Origin: a virus | Taxonomy: Duplodnaviria > Caudoviricetes | IMG/VR virus record: IMGVR_UViG_3300049015_000009 | Coordinates: 1 to 62,583 of that record | Length of the DNA: 62,583 nucleotides | Reading direction: 5' to 3' (one strand) | Part shown: piece after piece, positions 55,037-62,583 of the stretch | Layout: each line of letters starts with the position of its first letter | Position numbering within the stretch: position 1 is the first letter of the stretch | Notes under the pieces: generated by a model | The model's database searches: none | Told to the model about the DNA's origin: nothing | The model's input: only the letters and a program-made list of their open reading frames with translations | Position numbers and translations under genes: made by a program

Positions 55037-57712
55037 CTAGGCTGTCTCTAAGACTTTCCCTTTGGCAGCATTGCAGATGTTGGTGATGGTTTCTCGATCA
55101 GCTCCGTTGGGCAGCGTGATCCCGTTGGCCCAACTGGGCCAGAAAATATCCAAAGCAGCACCGAGCTTCACAGTTGGGTGTTGGATCTCAGGCAGTTCCT
55201 GCCATTGCATGCTCTTGATGAGCTCACGGTTGGCCCACTCCACGACTTCAACGTCATCCCTCATGAGGATGTAGATGGCATCGTGGATCAGCCCCACTGG
55301 CTTGATGTCCAGGCGGTACTTGCTGGCTCGGACCTTGTTGAAGAAGTCCACAGCAGCACGGTTGTTGAGCTGACCGTAGGACTGGCCCATGGCATTGCCA
55401 GCGGTGCGCCCTTCAGCTGCTGCCTCGTAAGGCATCTTGGCTCCCCAGACCACTTGACCAAGCAATGGGGTACGGACACGGAGGCCGAAGGCCACAGTGA
55501 CGTACCCATCCTTGGTGGCTTGCTTGAGCCGATCCTGGATGTACTGGTCAGACACCACGTAGAGCTCGTGGTACGCAGCCTCGATACGCTGTGCTGTCTC
55601 CTTGTCCCAGCCTTCGTTGACCATGAGCGTGTGATACGTGCCCTGGTAGGTCAGTGCGAAGGTCGGGGTCTTGGAGTCCTGTCTACGGTGATGGTTCGGA
55701 TGCTTCTTGTCCTTGAGAGCGTTGACGCTCTTGGGGTCATCGATGTCGATATCAGGCATCTCATCACGGTAGTAGTACACAGCACGAAGGCAGTGACCAT
55801 CGAACCCTTGCTCGTATACCTTGAGCTTGTTGGGATCCTTGGTGGTCAGAGCAGAGATGTAGTCCTCAAGCGAGTTGAAGTCAGCACCCCCGAAGAGCCA
55901 CCCAGCAGGGCCAGCGAAGCACTCCTTGATGAGCTTGCCGACCTTCTTCTTGAGTTCACTGCCAGTTGTGCCAGCAGGTAGGTTCTGAAGGTTGGGATCA
56001 CTGCTCGATAAACGGCCGGAGACCGTCCCACCTAAGTTGAAGCTGCCATGCAGCCACCAGAATCCGTCAGCTTTCCTGATGGATTCCTCGAAGGCGGGGA
56101 TGAAGGTGTTGAGTACCTTGGTGACCACCCCATAGTCGATCAACGAAGCCAGTAGAGCCTTGTACTCAGGCACTGTGGTGTGGTTGATCAGCTTCTCGAT
56201 GGTTTCACCACCGGTGGCAGGCAACTTGGTATCCGTGAGGTCCAGGACTGGTAGCCCCATCAACTCATAGAGCAACCGCCTCAGCTGCGGCCCTGAATTT
56301 GGATTGAAGTTCTCGTCATCGAAGGCCGAGAGCTGCTTGGGGAAGATCTTCCCTGGGTTCTTGGCTTTAGCTTTCCTGGCTTCAAAGTCTTTCTCCCATG
56401 AGGTCTCACGCAGGAGCAGGTTCAGGGTGTTGATCACATCGGACTTCAAGATGACGTCCAAGTTCTCTTCCCTGATCATCTCCAGCTTTGCTCTGGCTTC
56501 CTTGACCTTGTCAGGGATCAGCGGCATGCCAGTCAGCTCAGTCTGGATGATGAGCTTGAGGCTGGGCAGGAACAGATCGTTGTAGAGCTCCTCCTGCTGA
56601 TCAGCCACCATGATCGGTGTGTACTTGTCCCGCACGTAGGCCGTGGAGAGGCCGTCAACCAGGTTGTACTGAAGCAGCTTGTCCAGCGGTACTTTGCGGA
56701 TGTCGTTGATCTCCTCGACGGCCCAGTTCCCTGCGAACTCATGAGCTAGTGCCTTCAGACCCAGGACGTTCCCAGCCGTGGAGTTGGTGGCCAGGTAGGC
56801 AATGACTTTGGTATCACCGAAGTGACGGCACATGATCTCCAGACCATCCAGCAGACCTTCTGTGTCCAGGTCATGTTTCATCCACAGGGTGTAGATGATG
56901 ACCTTCACGTCGTAGTCAGCCTTGTGCCAGTGGATGCGGCCTTGGTAGGTCTCAAAGAAGCGCTTCAACAGATCTCGGGTTGGTCCGTGAGGTGCGTAGG
57001 TCCCATGGCATCCCGCCGCCATCTCCTCATGGGAAATGAAGCTCGAGTAGTCACAGGGGAATGCCAGCCCGTTGTGCTTGTCCCAGCAGAAGCTGATGGT
57101 TCCGATGCCTGCCTCGTTAAAACGCAGCGAGAAGGCTTCGATGTCAGCGGTGAGCTCTGGGTATTGGTGCAGCCCTTCCAACGCCTTGGCGATGTCATCC
57201 TGGCCTTCCGGGTAGTAGGCTGAGTGGATGATGGACTGGCCCAGGGGCACATACGTCCCTTGCACAGCCGAAACCAGAGTCCGAAGGCTCATATCGAGCT
57301 TGGCTTGGAGCTCTGGGTTGTAGATCAGTGCTCCGTGGTTCAAGCCCAGGATCACGGTCATGTGCTCGAAGCCCTTGATCTTGCAGGGCAGGGGATAGCC
57401 GAAGTGAGGGTCAGCCTTGGTGACGCCGGCGAGCACCTTGAAGTAGTTGGCATCTGCCACGTACAGGTACTTCGCCTCCAGGGCATGCAGCTCAGGGAGC
57501 AACTTCTCAAGGTATTCCTTGATGAAGGCTGTGGGTGCCTTGCCCTTGTCGTTGTACTCCAGGGTGAATGCGATGACATCGCTGGCACTGACTCCTGCTT
57601 GGGTCAGTGGGAACAGGTAGTTGCTTCGGATGACATCCTTGTTGAATGCCGTGTTCTTCACCAGCAGTGCTACGGGAAAGGTTTCCGAATCTTCAAAGAT
57701 GATGTGTCGCAT
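55037..57712 (-). CDS. Family A DNA polymerase with 3'-5' exonuclease (N4 gp39-like)
   Basis: DIE exo I, TVSGRLSS..PNLQN, DFNSLE, RQDSK..TF...Y, IHDA. Confidence 0.95.
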   Translation of the reverse strand: MRHIIFEDSETFPVALLVKNTAFNKDVIRSNYLFPLTQAGVSASDVIAFTLEYNDKGKAPTAFIKEYLEKLLPELHALEAKYLYVADANYFKVLAGVTKADPHFGYPLPCKIKGFEHMTVILGLNHGALIYNPELQAKLDMSLRTLVSAVQGTYVPLGQSIIHSAYYPEGQDDIAKALEGLHQYPELTADIEAFSLRFNEAGIGTISFCWDKHNGLAFPCDYSSFISHEEMAAGCHGTYAPHGPTRDLLKRFFETYQGRIHWHKADYDVKVIIYTLWMKHDLDTEGLLDGLEIMCRHFGDTKVIAYLATNSTAGNVLGLKALAHEFAGNWAVEEINDIRKVPLDKLLQYNLVDGLSTAYVRDKYTPIMVADQQEELYNDLFLPSLKLIIQTELTGMPLIPDKVKEARAKLEMIREENLDVILKSDVINTLNLLLRETSWEKDFEARKAKAKNPGKIFPKQLSAFDDENFNPNSGPQLRRLLYELMGLPVLDLTDTKLPATGGETIEKLINHTTVPEYKALLASLIDYGVVTKVLNTFIPAFEESIRKADGFWWLHGSFNLGGTVSGRLSSSDPNLQNLPAGTTGSELKKKVGKLIKECFAGPAGWLFGGADFNSLEDYISALTTKDPNKLKVYEQGFDGHCLRAVYYYRDEMPDIDIDDPKSVNALKDKKHPNHHRRQDSKTPTFALTYQGTYHTLMVNEGWDKETAQRIEAAYHELYVVSDQYIQDRLKQATKDGYVTVAFGLRVRTPLLGQVVWGAKMPYEAAAEGRTAGNAMGQSYGQLNNRAAVDFFNKVRASKYRLDIKPVGLIHDAIYILMRDDVEVVEWANRELIKSMQWQELPEIQHPTVKLGAALDIFWPSWANGITLPNGADRETITNICNAAKGKVLETA

Positions 57713-57723
57713 TGGTTTGCATG

Positions 57724-58278
57724 TCAGATCAGCAAGTTGGTGACCAGCCTCTGCTTCATGAGGTTGATCGATTCAGTGTTGTCAGACACCAGCTTCTCAA
57801 CCCGTTCCTTGCTCAGCGTGGTCGTTTGGCAAGGGCAGGTAGCTTTGAGCTTCTGCAGTGGCTGATGAATGGCCTCAGGTAGCACCCTGAAGTAATCAGT
57901 CAGATCACTGGAAGAGTTCAGTACCTTGTTCATGAAGCCAAGCACGTAGGGCAGCTCATGGTAATTGAGCTTGTCCAGGTCACTGAGGTACTCCTCCATG
58001 TCGGCACGGAGTGCCGGCAGGAGGCGGTTCTTCTTCACCGGTGGCGGTGAGGCATCAGCGTTGTACGTGTTGCCCTTGTAGGTGAAGTGCTTGTGAGTGA
58101 AACCACCCATGAGGGTGTTGCGCACGATGAGCGTGTCCAGGCGGGACTTGAACTGACGCTCAACTGGTTGATACAGGTAGGCGTAGAGCGCGTCTTTGAT
58201 GAGTTGCTTGGTGCGTGGATCGTGTTCGAGTTTGTTGCTGTCCATGTGAAGCTCAATGTGATTGGGTTGGATAGCCAA
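57724..58278 (-). CDS. Conserved N4-like hypothetical protein (gp38 position)
   Basis: Between helicase and DNAP; start uncertain. Confidence 0.7.
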   Translation of the reverse strand: MAIQPNHIELHMDSNKLEHDPRTKQLIKDALYAYLYQPVERQFKSRLDTLIVRNTLMGGFTHKHFTYKGNTYNADASPPPVKKNRLLPALRADMEEYLSDLDKLNYHELPYVLGFMNKVLNSSSDLTDYFRVLPEAIHQPLQKLKATCPCQTTTLSKERVEKLVSDNTESINLMKQRLVTNLLI

Positions 58279-58295
58279 CCACAGAGAGGATTGGC

Positions 58296-59597
58296 TTAGG
58301 ATTTGGCAGTGAGATCGCCAGTCAGGTAGACATGGTGGCGAGCTCGAGAAGCACCCACATACAACATGCGAGCTACCTGCTCACCGTCGTGGCACTTGTC
58401 GATGTCATCAAGGTCGATGAACACCTTGTCATAGGTGGAGCCCTGCGCCTTGTTGATCGTGCTGGCATACGCACCACGGAGATCGAACCAACGGTCTTCC
58501 ATCTCCTGCACGACATCGAGCTGATCGTTGTCACGTGCGTACTTGATGGCGGCCTTTTTCTCAGCCAGGCTCTTGGGTACGAAGGAACGCAGCACACCAT
58601 TGACGGTGATGAAGTTGCCGGCCACACCGTGGTGTTCCGTGTCGTTCTCGATCAGTGCGATCTGCACAAGCTCATCGGTCTTGAGACCTTGCTTGCCCAG
58701 CTGCACGAAGGAGTTGTTGACTGCGTAGTCACCCACCTGAAAGTGCGGATCACCCTTGGCCAGGTTGCGCACGTACTGGTTGTAGGCAATGACGCACTTG
58801 TTGGTCCAGCCTAAGATCTTGGAGTCGGAATACCGCCAGTCACTGCGGGTGAACTCTTCCTCGATCGCAGCGTTGAAGGCAGCACGATCCAGACGTTGGA
58901 TGTGGAAGCCATCTGGCTTGAAGGGGGTCCAGTCACCCGAGGTGACGGTGTTCCGCAGCTGCTCAGCCCATGCAGTGATGGGGTGAATCTCTGCGAATCC
59001 ACCTTCCTTCTTGGGTTGACGGACAACCTCGGTTAGAGCTGCACCGGTGAAGCCGGCCTCGAAAACTGGGGTACCCCGTGACTTGACGGGTGTCAGCTGT
59101 GCTGGGTCACCGACGAAGACGATCTTGCAGTCCTTAGTTCGTTTGAACACCAGAGCCAACAGCGGGCTGTCGATATAGCTGGCTTCGTCGATGAAGACCA
59201 CCAGGCGCTCAGGGAGTGTGAAGTTGCTCCGTGGTACCAGCTCCGTGGTGTTGGTCTTGTAGTTCGTGGAGACCCGCAGACCCAGGAATGAGTGGATGGT
59301 GCCTACTTCCAAGCCAGTGATCATGGCCAGGTTCTCAGCAGCCTTGTTGGTGGTTGCCGTGAGCTTGATCTCGTAGGGCCTGGCGCTGGGGTTGATCAGC
59401 TTCAGGGTCCGCATGATGGCCGGGAGGCGATCGATGGCTGTACGAACCAGGGTGGATTTGCCACAGCCTGAGAAACCACGCAGGACGAAGACCTGTTCCG
59501 TGGGGTCCAGGAGGAAGGCGTTGAAGGCGTCGAGTGCCTTCTGCTGATCGCTGGTGAGGGTGAAATTGTCGAAGTCGAGTTCTGCGGTTGATGTCAT
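58296..59597 (-). CDS. Dda/RecD-like SF1B helicase (N4 gp37-like)
   Basis: [41 protein letters not shown]. Confidence 0.93.
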   Translation of the reverse strand: MTSTAELDFDNFTLTSDQQKALDAFNAFLLDPTEQVFVLRGFSGCGKSTLVRTAIDRLPAIMRTLKLINPSARPYEIKLTATTNKAAENLAMITGLEVGTIHSFLGLRVSTNYKTNTTELVPRSNFTLPERLVVFIDEASYIDSPLLALVFKRTKDCKIVFVGDPAQLTPVKSRGTPVFEAGFTGAALTEVVRQPKKEGGFAEIHPITAWAEQLRNTVTSGDWTPFKPDGFHIQRLDRAAFNAAIEEEFTRSDWRYSDSKILGWTNKCVIAYNQYVRNLAKGDPHFQVGDYAVNNSFVQLGKQGLKTDELVQIALIENDTEHHGVAGNFITVNGVLRSFVPKSLAEKKAAIKYARDNDQLDVVQEMEDRWFDLRGAYASTINKAQGSTYDKVFIDLDDIDKCHDGEQVARMLYVGASRARHHVYLTGDLTAKS

Positions 59598-59917
59598 GGA
59601 GTTGGTTGTTGTTGGGCTTTGGCCGCCTCTTTTTGAGCTTCTCGGATGTCATCCACAGAAACATTCATCAGGGCGGCGATCTTGTGGCGCTCATATTCTT
59701 GAGGGGTGATGATTACCGTGGAGATTGAGTCCTTCTTCAGTTCACCAATCCGGTAATCGTTGTAGTAATTCGGTGCAGACTCAGCTTGATTGAGCGCTGC
59801 GAGAATGGTTTGGCCATCCTTAATTGGCACAACGAAGGAGCCAGAGATCTCAATTTGAAGGAAGTTCTCTTTGGGTTTTTCAGCCCTGATCTTCTTTGTT
59901 GCTTCTTCGAGGTTCAT
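59594..59917 (-). CDS. Hypothetical protein
   Basis: 107 aa, coupled on both sides. Confidence 0.7.
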   Translation of the reverse strand: MNLEEATKKIRAEKPKENFLQIEISGSFVVPIKDGQTILAALNQAESAPNYYNDYRIGELKKDSISTVIITPQEYERHKIAALMNVSVDDIREAQKEAAKAQQQPTP

Positions 59918-61029
59918 TGCTTGATCTCGTAGTGAATGACCTTGCCCCGAGGAGGAGTAAAGCCAGTGTTGTTGTGGATGAGATAGAGCGTGTCGCCCTG
60001 GAACTCATTGCCGTAGAAGTTGAACTCCCCGTCACTGAATACCATCAGCAGCTGTGGCTTGTGTTCCTTGGCCCACTCCATGACTGGAGAGATGCAGGTA
60101 CCACCTCGGCCAGTGAACTTGATTCCCATCAGTTCACGGACGCTCTTCACGGTATCCGTGGACTTGATCTCCGTGTCGAACTGGATCAACGTGATCCGTG
60201 ATGGCTTCATCATCTTGAAGATGCCAGCTACCTCAGACACGAATACCTTGAAGTCGTGGTCAGAAACCGAGCCAGAGATATCCACTGCGATGCATAGATC
60301 CATCAGGCTTTCACCCCATAGGGTGGGCATATGGTGCTCAGGGAAGAACCGGCGATTGGGCTTGCGGAATGAGTAGTCCGACTTGTCAAAGGAGCGCATG
60401 TACTTTTGCAGGATGCGATTCCACGGCAGTACTGGATTCAACAAGCCATCGAGGTAGACCTGGATATCACCAGGAATGGTGCCCGGCTTGTCACCGCTCA
60501 TCTTGGATTGGACTGATGCACGGACAAGAATGTCCTCAACCTCACGACGAATCGAATCCGAGATTTCCGGTGTTTCACCGTAAACCAGGTCATCCATCGA
60601 GGGTGAAGGTGGGTCTTCAGGCAACAACTTGTAGACCTCTTCAGTAGACATACCCGCGTACTTGGCATCGAGTAACCAGGTCTTGCCAATCTCGAAACCA
60701 CGCTCATGGAGCTGTTGGTTGATGACGTAGTCACCGGCGACATTCCACTTCCGTGGGTCACGGGCTTGCACACGCTCCATGTGCAGATATGCGACGTGCA
60801 TCGATTCATGCACCAGCAGAGATACCTGGAGTGCCAGGCTGAGGGACATGAAGAAAGCCGGATTGAATCGAATCTCACGGCCATTGGTGCAGGCAGTGGG
60901 GATAGTTTCATCCCAGACGTGCTTCATACTGAAACACACGGTCATGAAGAACGCACTGTCAGGCCGAGCCATCAGTTGGATCTTGGCTTTACTGAGAGCG
61001 TGATGATGGTCTTTAGTGACAGGGGTCAT
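59914..61029 (-). CDS. Metallopeptidase-like plus vWA protein (N4 gp25-like)
   Basis: TACTNG, HESMH, WNVAGDYVIN, DISGS, GRGGT, SDG. Confidence 0.9.
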   Translation of the reverse strand: MTPVTKDHHHALSKAKIQLMARPDSAFFMTVCFSMKHVWDETIPTACTNGREIRFNPAFFMSLSLALQVSLLVHESMHVAYLHMERVQARDPRKWNVAGDYVINQQLHERGFEIGKTWLLDAKYAGMSTEEVYKLLPEDPPSPSMDDLVYGETPEISDSIRREVEDILVRASVQSKMSGDKPGTIPGDIQVYLDGLLNPVLPWNRILQKYMRSFDKSDYSFRKPNRRFFPEHHMPTLWGESLMDLCIAVDISGSVSDHDFKVFVSEVAGIFKMMKPSRITLIQFDTEIKSTDTVKSVRELMGIKFTGRGGTCISPVMEWAKEHKPQLLMVFSDGEFNFYGNEFQGDTLYLIHNNTGFTPPRGKVIHYEIKQ

Positions 61030-61062
61030 TTGTTTCTCTTGATTGGTTCAGTAATTCAGTAG

Positions 61063-61077
61063 GACGCCGGAGGCGTC
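61063..61077 (-). promoter_or_regulatory. GGA-triloop DNA hairpin upstream of the gp25-helicase-DNAP operon
   Basis: + strand GACGCC-GGA-GGCGTC, between int terminator and ATG 61029. Confidence 0.55.
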
Positions 61078-61107
61078 TAAACTCAGCTGTATTACCCGCG
61101 AGGCAAT

Positions 61108-61132
61108 AAAAAAGCCACCTCTAGGGTGGCTT
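61108..61132 (-). terminator. Intrinsic terminator after integrase
   Basis: Minus strand GCCACC-CTAGA-GGTGGC-TTTTTT. Confidence 0.8.
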
Positions 61133-61151
61133 GTTGTTGACTGTCTGAGGA

Positions 61152-62225
61152 CTAACCCAGGATCTTCTCAATGCAAGGCCAGCCAGCGTATTTATCACCT
61201 GACTGTCTGATGTGTGTATATCTCTTCAACGAACTCCAGGACTTATGCCCTGATACCTGTGCTACCTGGGGAATATTCCATCCCATCTCAAATAGCCTGC
61301 TGATGCCGTCATGACGTAGGTCATGGAAGTGCAAGTCGTCAATCTCCAGGAAGTCGCATGCTTTCCTGAATGAGGTACTGATTGACTCTGCGTTGTAGGG
61401 CCAGATGATTCCATTGGTTTCAGGTTGTAGCTCTATGAGCTTGAGGGCTTCCGGTGTCAATGTCGTGCGGACATCATTGCCGATCTTCTCGCCTGGATTT
61501 TTCATATCCCGCACCGTTATTTCCAGGTGCTTTGTGTCCAAGTCTGAACCAGTGATTCGGGTAATCTCTTCCTGTCGTCTGGTGCTGAAGATGGCAAAGG
61601 GAATGATTCGCGTCATGGGGATTGAGTAAGGTCTGCGCTTCTCCATGGCCGCGTAGTACTCCATGAGCTTGTTGAGTTCATTCAGGGTAGGACGTCGGTC
61701 TCGTTCCTTGGACTTGGAGATAAGGCCCAGCTTCTTCATGACCACCTTGGCATCCAGCATTGCCTGTGGGTCAAGGGGATGGCCCCAGGCAGCTCGGGCC
61801 ACCACGAAGACCGAGGAGAGGTGAGCCACGTAGTTGCCTCTGGTTTGGGGTGTGGCGTCGATCTCATCCCTGACCCAGTCCACCAGCTCCTTGCTGCCGA
61901 TGGTGCTACAGCGTGTAGCACCGAGCTTGGAAGCCGAGATGGTCCTCAAGACCTGGGTCTTGGTCTTCCCGTGCTCCTTGAGCTTCTCGGTGTTGTACTG
62001 GGTGATCACCTCGGAGAGCAGGGGATCCTTCACATCTGGCTTCGGGTCCAGGGCACCTGGCTTGGACAGCTCAGCGAGCCGGTTACGTCTCCAGTTTTTC
62101 GCTGCCTGCTCCCGGTCGAAGGTCTCAGCTTCGCTGTGGATGACCTTGCCGCCCTTCTTGATGCGGATCTGGGCCGTGTACCCAACGGAGCCATCTTTGC
62201 GCTTGCGTGGGACAATGCCTGCCAT
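61152..62225 (-). CDS. int: Tyrosine integrase, dusA-associated type
   Basis: RKRKDGSVGYTAQIR N-terminus; RRQEEI, HFHDLRH, SGH, RY catalytic residues. Confidence 0.93.
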   Translation of the reverse strand: MAGIVPRKRKDGSVGYTAQIRIKKGGKVIHSEAETFDREQAAKNWRRNRLAELSKPGALDPKPDVKDPLLSEVITQYNTEKLKEHGKTKTQVLRTISASKLGATRCSTIGSKELVDWVRDEIDATPQTRGNYVAHLSSVFVVARAAWGHPLDPQAMLDAKVVMKKLGLISKSKERDRRPTLNELNKLMEYYAAMEKRRPYSIPMTRIIPFAIFSTRRQEEITRITGSDLDTKHLEITVRDMKNPGEKIGNDVRTTLTPEALKLIELQPETNGIIWPYNAESISTSFRKACDFLEIDDLHFHDLRHDGISRLFEMGWNIPQVAQVSGHKSWSSLKRYTHIRQSGDKYAGWPCIEKILG

Positions 62226-62231
62226 GGTTCG

Positions 62232-62477
62232 GTGCTACAGGGAGTTGGTGTAGCACTCAATGTAGCACCGGGACTCCGAAAAGACCGGGAAAAGCCAGGA
62301 AAGGTCGGGAACGTGACACTGAGAGAGAGCCCCGTTTTCATAGAGGGAACGGTCCTTCATGGGAGATGGAAGCTGAGCGTTGCCCCGATGATGGATTGGA
62401 CGGATCGACCGGAGAATCCTTTATAAAACAGCTACTTAGTTCCACACCCTGTGAAGGATGTAGAACTTTCGTAGCAC
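62232..62477. other. attP-like site: dusA core flanked by TGTAGCAC arm-type repeats
   Basis: Arms at 62232-39 (inverted), 62249-56, 62261-68, 62459-66 (TGTAGAAC), 62470-77 (CGTAGCAC); core ~62376-62407. Confidence 0.75.
62313..62426 (+). pseudogene. dusA: Phage-borne dusA 5' fragment (37 aa)
   Basis: LSVAPMMDWTDR is the DusA N-terminal motif; stop 5 codons later. Confidence 0.8.
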
Positions 62478-62505
62478 CCAGCCCCAGTTCTCGTACATCG
62501 AAAAG

Positions 62506-62583
62506 TCAGGCGGCCGGCTTGGCGAGCGCGACGCGCTCCCAGTCCTGATCGCCCTTGACCATCTGGCGCAAGCCTTGGGCGAG
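62506..62583 (-). CDS. 3' end of an unidentified high-GC gene (partial)
   Basis: ..LAQGLRQMVKGDQDWERVALAKPAA* runs off the window edge. Confidence 0.45.
   Translation of the reverse strand, partial: LAQGLRQMVKGDQDWERVALAKPAA

Larger units (their letters stand above)
190..62480. mobile_element. N4-like (Schitoviridae-type) phage genome, partial, with integrase and attP-like site
   Basis: N4 hallmark genes in N4-like order (terS/terL, portal, MCP, vRNAP, SSB, primase, DNAP, helicase) plus tyrosine integrase. Confidence 0.95.

Noticed and set aside
61779-62312. 5' part of the 215-aa ORF containing the DusA motif
   Set aside because: Mostly antisense to int; only the part from GTG 62313 is plausible.

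Overview
The window is most of an N4-like (Schitoviridae-type) phage genome of roughly 58% GC by eye. The + strand carries terminases, portal, capsid, ejection proteins and a 3.5-kaa virion RNA polymerase (190-27208). The - strand carries the replication and nucleotide-metabolism arm: resolvase, SSB, AAA ATPase, primase, nuclease, class II RNR, ThyX, family A DNA polymerase, helicase and vWA proteins. A + strand tail/adhesin and lysis module interrupts this arm (39081-51320). At the right end is a tyrosine integrase of the dusA-associated type next to a phage-borne dusA 5' fragment (SVAPMMDWTDR) with TGTAGCAC arm-like repeats on both sides. This reads as an attP-like site of a temperate N4-like phage. 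Other notable signals: four stem-CC-GGA-GG-stem DNA hairpins resembling N4 vRNAP promoters in the replication arm; a nested out-of-frame ORF and an ART-like insert inside the vRNAP gene; an ~80-aa capsid insertion; a hairpin-gated moron; a structured intergenic RNA candidate; and a candidate nucleotide-sponge anti-defence cluster. The early region (RNAP II, gp2, gp24, repressor) is not in the window. All family assignments are from motif recognition and synteny, not database searches.
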